DNA from: Octopus vulgaris
Lineage: Eukaryota
NCBI GenBank assembly: GCA_951406725.2
Contig: OX597821.1
Span: 5,828,001-5,892,000 of the forward strand
Length of the DNA: 64,000 bases
Direction of reading: 5' to 3'
Shown: piece by piece, positions 13,329-26,919 of the stretch
Layout: the number at the start of each line of letters is the position of its first letter
Numbering within the stretch: the stretch's first letter is position 1
Program-made: the position numbers and the translations under genes
The notes under the pieces: generated by a model
Told to the model about the DNA's origin: nothing
The model's input: the letters and a program-made list of their open reading frames with translations, nothing else
The model's database searches: none

Positions 13329-13378
13329 ATGGACAGACTAAATACTGCGTTGTCGGAAAATGTCGAAAGACACGGGAA
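13329..13378 (+). CDS. Candidate alternative first exon B (MDRLNTALSENVERHG + AA, phase 2), or a 5'UTR exon
   Basis: Unique island between repeats; donor GAA|GTGAGA at 13379; phase matches exon 63919. Confidence 0.3.
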
Positions 13379-13572
13379 GTGAGAGACAGACAGACAGACA
13401 GACAGAAAGAGAGAAGAATGAGGGAGGAAAAGGAGAGAAGAATGAGGGAGAGGAATTCATGTACTATATAAAAGAAATAATTTAAATGTCTATTTTATAT
13501 TCAATTAGAGTTATACAAATCCGGAATGTGTATACGATGGTATATATTTACGTAAAATATACACACATACAA

Positions 13573-13641
<69 letters not shown>

Positions 13642-13739
13642 TATATATAGATGCATACATAGACACATATATATATACATACATTCATACATATATACAT
13701 ACTTATATATATTGTATATTTTTATGTGTATGCATATAC

Positions 13740-13780
<41 letters not shown>

Positions 13781-14228
13781 TATATATACATATATATATA
13801 CATACGCATTTGTAAATCTGTATGTATGTGTGTGTGTATATATGTATATATATATGTGTATGTACATATATACATACACAGACATACGTATATATATATA
13901 TGTATATATTTGCATGCATGTATGTATGTATGTATGTATATGCATATGAATACGTTTATATGTGTGTGAATGAGTATGTGTAGAAATATGATACCATTGT
14001 GTATGTATGCATGTATGTATGTATGTTTGTATGTATTTATGTTTATGCTTGTATATGTTTTTGTGTGTATGTATGTACACATTGCTATCCGTGTAAGTAT
14101 CTGTATGAAAATGTGTACGTTCATGCGTGTATCTACTGTGCGTAAGTGTTATATTGTGTTATGTTGCGTGTTTGTATACGTCTGCATACGTTTGCATGTA
14201 TGTGCGTATGCATACGCGTATGTATATA

Positions 14229-14284
<56 letters not shown>

Positions 14285-14290
14285 CATATA

Positions 14291-14329
<39 letters not shown>

Positions 14330-14341
14330 TACATATATATA

Positions 14342-14389
<48 letters not shown>

Positions 14390-14882
14390 GTACATATATA
14401 TGTATATATATATATGCGTATATGTATGTATATGTATATATGTATATGTATATTTATGTATATATCTATATATGTGTGTGTGTATTTGCGTGTGTGTGTG
14501 TCTTTGCGTGTGTGTGTGTCTGTATCTGCACGTGTTTGTGTACGTATGTGCAGCCCCAATTTATTTAGTACCCAATAGAAATAGATATAAATAAATATAA
14601 ACACAAATAAATAAATATATAGACAAGTAAATAAATAAATAAATAAAACAAGATTTGTCAAAAGCTGGATGTTTAGTTTAATAAGATAAAAAGAAGAAAA
14701 TACAAGAATAACAACAACACACTAACAACAACAACTACAAGTTCGACAACACATACTAAAACAAGTTGGCTAGTGCAATAGTTATCAAAAATATTCAAAT
14801 GATCAGCCGTTTTTTATTTATTTATTTATATATTTTTTCCCAATTTTTTTTATTATTTCATTTTCGTTCCTTCTTGTCGAAG

Positions 14883-14924
14883 ACTATTAACTGATCGATA
14901 CAGTTACCATGGATACTTTTGAAA
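14883..14924 (+). CDS. Candidate exon C carrying a start codon (ATG 14909, MDTFE + A, phase 1)
   Basis: Long pyrimidine tract and AG at 14881-14882; ACCATGG Kozak context; consensus donor GTAAGT at 14925. Confidence 0.45.
14903..14916. promoter_or_regulatory. RFX X-box-like motif GTTACCATGGATAC
   Basis: Matches the palindromic X-box pattern; overlaps the candidate ATG, so may be incidental. Confidence 0.35.
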
Positions 14925-14984
14925 GTAAGTTTGTTTCTTTCTTTGTTTTGTTTTGGCTTGTTTTGTTGTAATTGCTGGGTTTTT

Positions 14985-15027
<43 letters not shown>

Positions 15028-15129
15028 GACATATTTTTTTGTCATCTCTTTCTTCAACGAGACAAGAAATAACGGTAAAACTATCAATAGTCAATTGGCC
15101 TAAAACTGTTTTATACTGGGCTTTTAGTA

Positions 15130-15194
<65 letters not shown>

Positions 15195-15366
15195 TTTATA
15201 TTTATTCATTTATTTTTTACTGAGTTTTCCTTCGTTCTTTTTTGCTACATAAACTAGTCAACTGGTTAAATTGTAATATCACAAAACTGAACGATATGTT
15301 GTTGTTGTTGTTGTGATGGTGATGGTGATGGTGATGGTGATCATGGTGGCTTTTTTGTTGCTGTTG

Positions 15367-15398
<32 letters not shown>

Positions 15399-15542
15399 GG
15401 TGGTGGTATCTTGGTTGTAATCTTCGTGATAATTGCTTTATGCGAAGCAACTCATGAAAAATATAACAACTAAGACATAACTGACGATGACAACCACCAT
15501 GACGATGACAACGACGATGATGACGATGATGACGACGACGAC

Positions 15543-15588
<46 letters not shown>

Positions 15589-16334
15589 ATGAGACGAGGG
15601 AGAGAGTGGGAAGGGAAGAAAGAGGGAGAGGAGAAGGAGGAAATGGACGACGTTGGCAGTTGATTTCTTACGGAAAGGACACTAGAGATGGTCACGGCAA
15701 AAGGATTGTCAGACTTAAACGCATTACTGGCACTTAACATAATTTAGTTCCAACTCACATGAATGCAAATAAAAATATCAGCAGTTTATTTGTTCCGTTT
15801 GCCACTAGGAAGATCTAAATAGTGAGTACCAGTTATATACTTGGGTAAATCTATCGATTACACTCTAAGAAATGTTACTATCAAATAAGAAGGGAAGTGT
15901 GGTGAAATAGCCTTCATACCTTTGCAAAAGACGTCAGTGGGGTGCTTTTGTTCTTCTATTTGACTGGTTTCAACCATGAAAACGCGGCCATGCTGAGCAC
16001 TGCGTTAAAAGGTTTGCTTTTGAGGCGATCGTACAAAATCAAATGTTTATTTCAAATTTGGCTTTATTTTATCCATATTGAATCATAAGCTATTTTTAAT
16101 TACACGCACACACACATCTACACACACATACACACACACACATCCGCAGATTTATTGCATAAATTTATTCCTGGCAAAATATTAAATTCTTTACTCAAAG
16201 GACTTAGTCGGTGAAATTAACTCTACTGAACGAAACATTTGGCCTTGTGTCATGAATAATTCTATTTAATAAATAATATTTATTGCCGACTTATAACAAC
16301 GCTTTGACTCCTGAGTGTCTTCTAGTTATTGATT

Positions 16335-16484
16335 ATGTATGTATGTATGTATGTATGTATGTATGTATGTATGTATGTATGTATGTATGTATGTATGTAT
16401 GTATGTATGTATGTATGTATGTATGTATGTATGTATGTATGTATGTATGTATGTATGTATGTATGTATGTATATATGTATGTAT
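16335..16484. repeat. (TATG)n microsatellite
   Basis: Read directly. Confidence 0.97.
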
Positions 16485-17237
16485 GCATATCTTTGTGCCC
16501 TGAAGTACAGATAACATTGACTACAAGCAACTCAAAACTACAAGTCGGAAAATATAAAACGTTATATAGAAACTGAAATGATCCGATATTACATCTAATA
16601 AAATCTCAAGTTTCGAATTATCAAATGGTAATGAAGATTATTTGAGAAAATATTGTATATATTATGTTAATTAGGAGTTGAAGAAGAGGAGGAAAATAAA
16701 CACAGAGAAAGGGTAGAAAGGCTGCAGGAAAAATTTTATAAAGTGAGAGAACGTGTAAAGAGGATGTGGTAATAACAGAGAATTAATGAAATCGATAGTG
16801 AAATGTGAATTGAAAATATTGAGTGAAACGAGTGTTTTAAGTATTTAGAAAGTGTTTTTTAGAATAGTTTAGTTGACGCGTCGCCTCCTAAAGCATCTTG
16901 TTGATGGAATATTATCAGTGTTTTAAAAAATCGCATGGGATAGGAAGTAACTTCTTTTGACTAGATTCAACTAGATTCAACTAGATTCGATCAGATAAAG
17001 ATAAATCTTTTAGACTATTTTAATGACTTGACCCATGGCTTGACCAAATTATTTTCATAAATTTTGTCCTAAATGTCCTTGCTTGTTTTCAGACCTTTAG
17101 TTGGCCTTTCTTACGTCCTGAGTATATGAAGCTTCCCTTTATAAGTCCCAAGTTATTGATGCCAGGGGAATATGTCCTCTGAATTACATGTGACACACAA
17201 GACAGGCAAAGGGTTAATGTCATACTTTGCGTTATTA

Positions 17238-18453
17238 TCAGGTCATCCCATAAGTTCTGTTCGAATTTTGAATAAAGAAAACACATTATCAAATGTTATG
17301 ACTTCCTTCCATCTATTTACAAGCTTTTTAATCCCATCAATGTAAAACTCTTTTGGTTTCAAAGCGGAGAACTCTGATATGTCAGTTTCGACCTCCTCCT
17401 GGCTTGCGAAAGTTATGACCCCCAAATGATTCTGTAAACTACGAAACAAATGGTAGTCTGAAGAAGCAAGGTCGGGAGAATAAGGTGGATGAGGAATTTT
17501 TTCCCAACCAAGTTCTTCGATCTTCTGTGATGTGATCTTTGGGGTCGTGCATTGTCCTGATGAAACATCACTCCTTTTTGATTCACTAAAGCGTGTCTTT
17601 TTTTCTTCAAAGCTTTGTTCAAACGCTCTAATTGCTGACAGTAGACTTGAGCATTCATTGTTGCAGTAGGTGGTAACAATTCAAAGTGAATTACTCCTTT
17701 GCAACCCCACCAGATAGAGAGAAGAAACTTTTTTCCATGAAGTTCCCTTTTCGTTTGTGGTTGAGCCACTGTTTACAACGTTTAACATTTCGATAGAAGA
17801 TCCATTTTTTGTCACCAATTACAAATCTATTTAAAAAGGGTGAAATGAGTTCGCGAGAATGGAGAGAAGAGCAGATGTCAACTTGGGATTTGCGGTTGCC
17901 TTCTGACAATTCATGAGGCACCCATTTTCCAAGTTTAGGAACCTTTCCAAGTTGTTGAAGATGACGATGAACAGCTGTATGGTTTGAACTAAGCTTTATT
18001 GCCAATTCTTCAACTGATAATGCAGGGTTTTCTTCAAGTAATGCCTCAAGGAGCTTATCATCAAACTCAACTGGACGTCCTGTTCGATCTTAATCTTCAA
18101 GACTGAAATCTCCACTTCTGAATTTTGCAAACCATCTTCTACAAATTCTTTCATTCAAGCAATCTTTCCCATAAACTGAGTGTATGTTTCGAGTTGCTTC
18201 GGCTGCATAGTTTCCTTTTTTGTACTCATAAAGCATTATGTGCCTTAAATGCTCTTTGAATACTTCCATGTTAGAAAGGGTTTAATTCAAAGAAATTTTA
18301 ATTCTATTATTCTGTAAAATAATATTTAATTAGTTTAAATGTACACAAATGCATAAAAATAATTTTTGATTCCATTTGACATTCTAAAGTACTATTAAAT
18401 TTCATTCAATTTTAAAAAAGGTAAAATTGGACAGAATTTATGGGATGACCTGA
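17238..18453 (-). mobile_element. Full-length defective mariner (DD34D) transposon
   Basis: TIRs TCAGGTCATCCCATAA(G/A)TTCTGT at both ends with TA flanks; ATG 18269 MEVFKEHLRHIMLYEYKKG; WVPHEL, GDKKW, HQDNARP, YSPDLASSDYHLFRSLQN; stops and frameshifts. Confidence 0.97.
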
Positions 18454-18466
18454 TATATTTAAAATA

Positions 18467-18680
18467 AAGGCAACGAGCTAGAAGAATTGTCACCATCCCG
18501 GACAAAATGCTTAGCGACATTTCTTCCGGATCATTATGTTCTGAATTCAAATGCCGTCGTGATTGACTTAGCCTGTCAACCTTTCGTGATAGATAAAATG
18601 AGTAACAGTCAAGTACTGGAGTCAATGTAATCTACTCTCCCTTGTTTCAGAATTTCTGGCCATATGCCAAAATTAGGAAA
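18467..18680 (+). mobile_element. Degraded SINE with Meta-like domain
   Basis: Colinear with 55541-55770. Confidence 0.7.
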
Positions 18681-20524
18681 AATTTTTAATTCGACTCCTG
18701 ATCAATTTTGACAGCGTGTTATCGACGATTTTACATTGATGAAGGAAGAACTACCGGTGGTAGTGTAGCTGAATTTCAATGAAGTTTAAGTTAATCCCAC
18801 GTATTATCAAAACTGTGTCACTATGAATTTTCTAGAAGTACATTTACGTAGGAACAGATCATTCGAATATATGCAATAACAATGTTTTGACTGTTGAGAT
18901 ACGGCTCGTATTGAGGTGCTTTATGTTGAAAGAATGATTGCGCAATGTTAAGTATAATACAGTAAGAAATATTTATAGCAGTTTTGTTAGAAATTTTGTA
19001 GTATTTGTAGTGTGTTGGAAGACTTATGTAAAAGCAAGTTTAAGATTTGAACTATAGAAGCAAAAATGTAGGGGTTGTAAGACGGGTTAAACAGGTGGAT
19101 GCATCATTTTCTAATTTGTAGGCCACATGAGATGTTTCTCAATATATTGTATCTTTTTTAGATTATCTGTTCCGTTCCAGCGCATGATTGTGAGGCTTTA
19201 AACAGCCTCCAAAATTTGATTCTTTGAGAGGTTACCAACACTTAAAGACATTTTTTAACTCGGTAGTTTTGGATAACGAGTGAATGGTTTGAAAGTCTGT
19301 GTATGTAGTGAGAGACCGTATATGTAATTTGGTTGTCTGTAAAAGGTAGTTATTTAGATTAAGGTTAACAAAATTCACTATCTTGCAAGTTAGACTCGTC
19401 TGCAATATTTAATTTGAGTTCCCAGCACAAATTGTGGATTTCTTTTCGGAATATATTAATTTTTGGCCTTTAATGTTACACAGGATTAGAAGTCCATCGT
19501 CTCTGTAAATATCACCAAAAATGCAGAAACATTTAGATGTAGACGGTTTAAGATACATAGCCTTACAATGTCACTGATTCTTTCAAGTTACGTTGCACAC
19601 ATCTGTCGACTTTTAACCATAAAATTAGCAGTGCAAACAACACTTGATCAAAATATGCCTGGTGTTTTAACTATAAATTGATCTATAATATTAAATAGTT
19701 ATTAATATAATTTGCTAAATCTTATTCCTTTTCTCCAACCAACTTCTCTCTTCTGAGTCATATAAAATATTATTTACGATATCCCACTCCCTAATTACTA
19801 TTTAGAACTAAAATCACTTTGTTTAGATAAATGCTTTAAATCCGACCCGACAGTTAAACTTACTTAATAACAATATTTTATTTTCCACGTGATATCTTTT
19901 CGAACAACATTCCACCAATGAGACATTTTGATCATATGAAAACCCTATCTGATTTTTTTTTTATGTGATTCGTTTCTTTCTTTCTAAATACTTAAGCTAA
20001 TCACATTACTTTCAATATATTTTCTTCCTTTTTCTCCTTCTCTGTCAACTTTCAATAAATGTCGTGTGCAGATTTTTCTTAAAAGTTCAAAATTACACTT
20101 TCTTCAATCGAAATAATGAAATTTTAGTAATTGTAATCCTCGATCCCTTCAGCTTTCTAATACGTGTGTGTGTGTGTGTGTGGTTCAATATTGTAGATGA
20201 AAGGACGATACATACACATGCACACACTTGTACATACATATATGTGCGTGAGCGCGGGCGTGTGTGTGTTACTCTAAACATAAAACGGTTTCTGGAAACA
20301 CTGTCCAAAAAATTATATATACCCATGTAAAACTTTCAGCCGGTTACGAAAAGAACAGCTATTTGAAAACTGCAGTTTATGTATCAAAGGTTATTATAAA
20401 GCGTTGAAATGTGATTTTCAGATAACATTTTGGTTGCGGAACCTTCTACCCAAATTCCTCAACTAACCATATTTATAATCAAAACTGAGATAGAAGCTAC
20501 GAAAATTACTATTTCTTAAATAAT

Positions 20525-20568
20525 CATATATATGCATACCCGTACGTGTGTGTGTATATATGTACATA

Positions 20569-20619
<51 letters not shown>

Positions 20620-20674
20620 GTATGTATGTATATGTATATGTATATAAATATATGTACATATATATATATATGTT

Positions 20675-20731
<57 letters not shown>

Positions 20732-20856
20732 GTATGTATTATATATATATATATGTGTATATATAGATACATATATGTATATATATAGATATAGATATAT
20801 GTATATACATGTATGTATAGGTGTGCGTATGTATGTATTGACTATATAAATACAAC
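20525..20856 (+). repeat. Compound microsatellite block duplicated at 27481-27750
   Basis: Same ordered interruptions, e.g. acccgtac and ataggtgtgcgtatgtatgtattgactata. Confidence 0.9.
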
Positions 20857-21329
20857 TTGGATTGTACCCTAGTACCAAGATGTTATTAGTTTTTTTGATC
20901 TCGATAGTATAAGCATTAAGTGTACCTTGGTGGAATTCAAACTCAGGACATAAATGGTTTTCACTGAATATCAAAGGACGTAACTTTCAAATTATTCTGT
21001 AATTAACAGAATCATTAGCAAATATCTCTCAAAACAATAATAAAACATTCGACTCACGACTCCAAAAAATAAATATAGAATTCAAAAAATTAGAACTCAG
21101 GCGTAGTGTAGCGAAGGCATGTCATTGATGAGATGGCGAATCCAACTGACTGATCGATTGACCGAATCGATTAGTTATTTGGGTGAATGATTAGCTAGCT
21201 CATTAGTGATACAAGAAGTAAAAAGAACCAGTGCGCGTGTTCGTGTGATAACTCAGCCAATAAAGGCGTTGGGTGTGTGTGTATACATGTATGCATACAT
21301 ATATATGTGTGTGTATATGTATATATTCG

Positions 21330-21366
<37 letters not shown>

Positions 21367-21465
21367 ATATATACAGCCATGCTGGAGTACCGCCTATATA
21401 TATCGATATATATCATATATACTTATTCTTTGTATATATAGTACTATATGTCTATATATATATAT

Positions 21466-21670
21466 AAGTAGGTGAATGAATTATCCTATGTTTATCGTCA
21501 GCATGGAAAATTCGTTTAACCGAAACCTGGGTAGCAAATTCATGTCAGAAAACACGGTTGAAGCGACCTGTCAAGGGTAGAAACTCCGGTTTCTTGTGTA
21601 GAAATTTGCGTGTTGTATATGAATGAATGAAAGAATGGAGTAGAACGAAGATGTTAACAAAATTCCTTTA
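21466..21670. mobile_element. Small repeat whose two modules are rearranged relative to 30051-30195
   Basis: 21625-21670 matches 30051-30096 directly; 21470-21558 is the reverse complement of 30102-30192. Confidence 0.8.
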
Positions 21671-22109
21671 CCAGAAGATTGCATAATGTACCTTTTATTC
21701 CTTCGGAATAAAAATATGTGGTTCGTAAGCAAGCTACTTACCACACAGCCACTCCTAAGCCTATAATTTTTTGTTTTTTAATTTGGGAGAGATTTGACTA
21801 CTGTTTTTAGGGAATCGAGCTAATGGGAAGCTTCTTTCTTCAATGGTTCACTGGTATAAATCTAGAATTATACAGTTGAGGTAATCTCCCAGGAATCAGA
21901 GTTTGCGATCCGGTTTCGATGGCCAGGTACAACCATTTTGATCCATTTTGGACACAAAGCGATTTAAGTAGGAACGGGGAAAAAACATATGAACATCATA
22001 TTAAACTTGTAAACCTGAAAACGTTAGAAATCTAACTTAGAAATCAATAAGAAATCAAAATCGATTCGCTCTAGTCAAAAAAGAAATATTGACCTCTCAA
22101 ATAGGCAAA

Positions 22110-22294
22110 AGAAAACAGCAGCATCATCATCCTCATCACCAACTTTACAACCATCGTCATCGACGTTGTCATTGCCGTCATCGTCTTCATCGTCATCGTC
22201 TTCATCGTCATCGTCTTCATCGTCATCGTCTTCATCATCATCGTCATCATTATCGTAGTCGTTGTCATAATCGTCATCAGCAGCACCAGCATCG

Positions 22295-22343
<49 letters not shown>

Positions 22344-22631
22344 TATCAATTTCATCATTATCATTACAGTCATCGTCATCACCATCATAATCAATACCCA
22401 CACCACCGTCATCATCATCATCATCGTCAATTCCATCACCACCACCATCACCACCACCACCACTATCGCCATCATCTTCTGTTACCGTTCCCCCCGTATT
22501 ACAATCACTGCTTTCATCACCTGTGTTACCATCAATATCATCAGCAGCCTCACAAATGCACTCTTCGTAACTACCATCATTATCATCAGTAGCAGCAGTA
22601 GCAGCAGCAGCAGCAGAAGCATTATTTCTAC

Positions 22632-22663
<32 letters not shown>

Positions 22664-22783
22664 CTATCACCAGCATCACTGTCATCTTCCTTCTCGTTAG
22701 CACCACCAGCCCTTACCACCCCCGTCATCATATCAGTCATCACCATCATCATCATCATCATCACCACTAGTACCACCTCCACG

Positions 22784-22815
<32 letters not shown>

Positions 22816-22880
22816 CAACAACAGCCTCATCATCATCATCATCATCGTCGTCGTCGTCATCATCGCTATCGTCATTTTCG
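22110..22880. repeat. Degenerate CAN/CGT triplet array
   Basis: Period-3 mosaic of CAT, CAC, CAG, CGT and CAA. Confidence 0.9.
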
Positions 22881-23937
22881 TCCTAATCTCCATCTGCATC
22901 AAAGGTGGACGCACATCACAAACCACACGCACGCATACACACAGTTACACACATACACATATTCATTTATGAAACAGTGGGTCTGTGGGAGTGGGGGGGG
23001 AGGCTCTTTTCTTTTTCCCGATGAAATGGCGATGATCGCTTTCACATCCACCATCAAATTTAAAATGATGAATCGTAAAAACATTTTCTAAATTTCTCAT
23101 AAACCAAATTATAAATATATTATAACCGATATCATCATTCATATTGCTTCTGTTGTAGTTATTGTTGTTCTTGCTATTGTTGCTGTTGTTACCATTGCTG
23201 TTATTATTGTTGCCTTTGTTGTTGTTGTTAATCTGTCTATTTATATTGTTTTTTTATATTATTAAATGTTATTCTGTAAGTTGCTATAAAATATAAATAA
23301 TTGATATTTTATGTTAAATAAATGGCCTTTTTGGCTGAGCTAAATATATTTCAGGAATTCTCATAATGGTATTATTCTAAATAGTGTTGGTGTTGACTAG
23401 TTTTAAAGAGGGAAGTGGTGCAAATGGGTATAAGAAGATAAGAGGGATTTTGTGAGAGCTTGATATTGTATTAGTGATGGTTAGTGTTAGTGTTAATGTT
23501 CTTGGTGTTGACGTCTGGCTTTGTTGATTTTCTTCGTAGTGCTACATTCTTTTGTTTTTGGGGGGGTTTTGTTTTGTGGAATTTATGTTGTTTTTATTTG
23601 ATTTTGTCGTCTTTGTTATGTTATTGTTTGAAAAAAAGCAGTTATTTTTTATAAAATTATTGCTGTTTATCAAATAATGTCGTTGAGAGCTTTCAGATTT
23701 TGTAATAGTTTCCCCTTTATTTTGGTTTAATTTAATGTTTAAATGGAGAATTAAAATGGAGAGTAGTTTAATGTAATGTGTTGGAGGGTTTTTTTTTATT
23801 TTACTTCGTTTAGTTTATCCCTAAGTCAATCTTGACCGTGTAGTATTTTATTGTGTAACTTTTCGTTGATGAAGAACTATAATCCGAAACGCAGAAGTCT
23901 CCTATGTAAAATTAGAGTGTAAAATTAAATAACTTAC

Positions 23938-24008
23938 TTTTCTTTTATTCTTTTATTCTTTTATTTGTTTCAGTCATTTGACTGTGGCCATGCTGGAGCA
24001 CCGCCTTT
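23938..24008 (-). mobile_element. 5'-truncated CORE-SINE 3' tail
   Basis: Reverse complement aaaggcggtgctccagcatggccacagtcaaatgactgaaacaa(ataaaaga)n. Confidence 0.85.
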
Positions 24009-24070
24009 AGGTGTCTTGGGGAAATTCGAACCAGGGTTCTCATTTTTAAGGTAATTTTCAATATTGTTGC

Positions 24071-24129
<59 letters not shown>

Positions 24130-24335
24130 TTATTGTTATTATTATTATTGTTATTATTATTATTATTATTATTATACGCTGTCTGGAATCAAACTGGGAA
24201 TCTTGGGGTTAGTAGCTCGCGCTCTGAACCACTACGCCATATGCCCGTGGGCATATAGAAAATTAGTGGTTAAGAGCGCAGGCTACTAACCGCAATATTC
24301 CGAGTTCGATTCCAGGCAGTGACCTGAACAATAAC

Positions 24336-24411
<76 letters not shown>

Positions 24412-24585
24412 TCGAAAAATACTTTAGGAATGAGAATCCAGGTTCGAAATTTCCCCCAAGACACCTGAAGAAGGCTGGAGGGTATATCAGCCAAAACGTT
24501 GTGCTAACAACAAACAAGATGAGGACAAATATCCTTCAAATGTAAATAATGTACATAATTCCTCATCTCTTAAATATAGAACTGT
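24009..24585. mobile_element. Head-to-head palindromic tRNA-head/(AAT)n/hammerhead-tail element, locus 2
   Basis: Centre ATATGCCC-GT-GGGCATAT (24239-24256); right arm complete; left arm truncated inside the ribozyme. Confidence 0.85.
24460..24505 (+). ncRNA. Minimal type I hammerhead with G12-to-A lesion
   Basis: GACAC-CTGAAGA-A-GGCTGG-agggtata-TCAGCC-AAAA-CGTT-GTGCT. Confidence 0.65.
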
Positions 24586-24839
24586 AAAGTACAATTTGAT
24601 AGAAATTTGACTGTTTATTTCTGTATCTACTTCAGCTGTAGAATTCGGGAGAACTTATTTGGGGGTCTAAAGTGTTGCCTTATTTTTTAGCATTTTAATT
24701 TCTCTTCTCAGTAATAAAGTAATTACTAGAAATATACTATGGTCGTTTCACACGACTGTATGACGGCGTCTTGTATCCAAGCCAACGTCACTGTACTCAG
24801 ACCAGAAATCTTTGTTTCTTAATATTTTGAATATTAGAT

Positions 24840-24872
<33 letters not shown>

Positions 24873-24910
24873 CATACATACATACATACATACATACATA
24901 CATACATACA

Positions 24911-24941
<31 letters not shown>

Positions 24942-25021
24942 TCATATACACATATATCCATACATATATATATATAAATATATATATGCACATAGATTTG
25001 TATACAGATATATATGTACAG

Positions 25022-25090
<69 letters not shown>

Positions 25091-25095
25091 TGTAC

Positions 25096-25129
<34 letters not shown>

Positions 25130-25429
25130 ATGCATACATGTACATATAGCTACACACGTATGCAAACACACAGCCCTTCTACCTGCAACCAGTTTGATAA
25201 GTGCCAACGCTCGAAACTCTCAGACTTTGAGTCACTCTGTTACTTCTGCTGAACATATATATATATATATATATATAAGAAGAGCTTGGGCTCGGACGTT
25301 AAAGGCTTCGTTTTTTCCTGGGCGTTAAAGTAGTACATTGTTGTTCTTCTTTCACCTCGTCTTTGTGTATATTCGTGTGAGTGTGAGAGAGAGAGAGGAG
25401 GAGGAGAAACAGACAGAGAGACAGAGAGA

Positions 25430-25480
<51 letters not shown>

Positions 25481-25542
25481 GTTAAAGTAAAAGAGAACCA
25501 TGCAAGAGATATATATACTTTTCCAAGCTATATATACTTTTT

Positions 25543-25686
25543 AGGCACAGGAGTGGCTGTGTGGTAAGTAGCTTGCTTACCAACCACGTGGTTCAAGTCG
25601 TAGGTAATATGAGTGACGGTAGTGTCTTCTGCTATAGCCCCGGGCCGACCGACGACGTAGTAATTTCTTGGTGAACAAGATGTACA

Positions 25687-25739
<53 letters not shown>

Positions 25740-25931
25740 TGTGTGTGTGTGTTTGTGTGTATGTGTTTGTCCCCCTAGCATTGCTTGACAACCGATGCTG
25801 GTATGTTTACGCAGAGCAGCGTGAGATGAAGTGTTTTACTGAAGAACACAACGCACCATCCTTTCCAGGAATTGAAACCACGATCTCTCGATCGTGAGTG
25901 CAATATTCTACCCACCAGACCACGTGCCTTC
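25543..25931. mobile_element. Rearranged CORE-SINE (+) joined to a second-family SINE head (-, 25815-25931)
   Basis: Matches to 56951-57385 and 6730-6936. Confidence 0.75.
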
Positions 25932-26119
25932 ACTGATAATGAACTGAGTAAAAAAACTATATTCACAGACACATACAACGGGGTTCCAGGTACTTCCTGA
26001 CTACCAATTAACCACTAAATCAAACCTTTATACATTATTCTAAATATTATTGTATCGAGAAATAGATAGGTAAAATTGTTAGCACAATCTGGCTGAATGG
26101 TTAGGTACGAACTCGTAAC

Positions 26120-26919
26120 CTCTTTTACTCTTTTACTTGTTTCAGTCATTTCACTGCGGTTATGCTGGAGCATCACCTTTACTCGAACAAATCGACCCCA
26201 GGACTTATTCCTTGTAAGCCTAGTACTTATTCTATCGGTCTCTTTTGTCGAACCGCTAAGTTACGGGGATGCAAACACACCACCATCGGTTGTCAAGCAA
26301 TGTTGGGGAGACAAATACAGACACACAAACCCAGACACACACACATACACATATACTCTCTTACTCTCTTACTTGTTTCAGTCATTTTGACTGCGGCCAT
26401 GCTGGAGCACCGCCTTTAATCGAGCAACTCGACCCCGGGACTTATTCTTTGTAAGCCCAGTACTTATTCTATCGGTCTCTTTTTGCCGAACCGCTAAGTG
26501 ACGGGGACATAAACACACCAGCATCGGTTGTCAAGCAATGCTAGGGGGACAAACACAGGCACACAAACATACATACATATATATACATATATACGACAGG
26601 CTTCTTTCAGTTTCCGTCTACCAAATCCACTCACAAGGCATTGGTCGACCCGGGGCTATAGCAGAAGACACTTGCCCAAGCTGCCGCGCTGTGGGACTGA
26701 ACCCAGAACCATGTGGTTGGTTAGCAAGCTATTTACCACACAGCCACTCCTGCGCCTGACGTGCTTCTTTCAGTTTCCGTCTACCAAATCCACTCACAAG
26801 GCTTTGGTCGGCCCGAAGGTATAGTAGAAGACACTTGCCCAAGGTGCCACGCAGTGGGACTGAACCCGGAACCATGTGGTTCGTAAGCAAGCTACTTACC
26901 ACACAGCCACTCCTGCGCC
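26120..26919 (-). mobile_element. CORE-SINE (26356-26757) nested inside another copy of the same family
   Basis: Outer head 26758-26919 and outer tail 26120-26355 rejoin to consensus gaagcacgtc|gtatatg. Confidence 0.92.

Noticed and set aside
18700-19450. Possible very old retroelement RT remnant on the minus strand
   Set aside because: Only scattered 3-4 residue resemblances; needs an HMM search.
22075-22932. 285-aa Asp/Gly-rich ORF resembling an acidic matrix protein
   Set aside because: Degenerate triplet array open in several frames and both strands; similar arrays occur at 46560 and 47080; no splice or start support.
23858-23898. Additional hammerhead (TTGATGA..TCC-GAAA-CGC-AGAAG)
   Set aside because: C3, stem II and the UH site are all altered; possibly a relic but not supportable from one copy.
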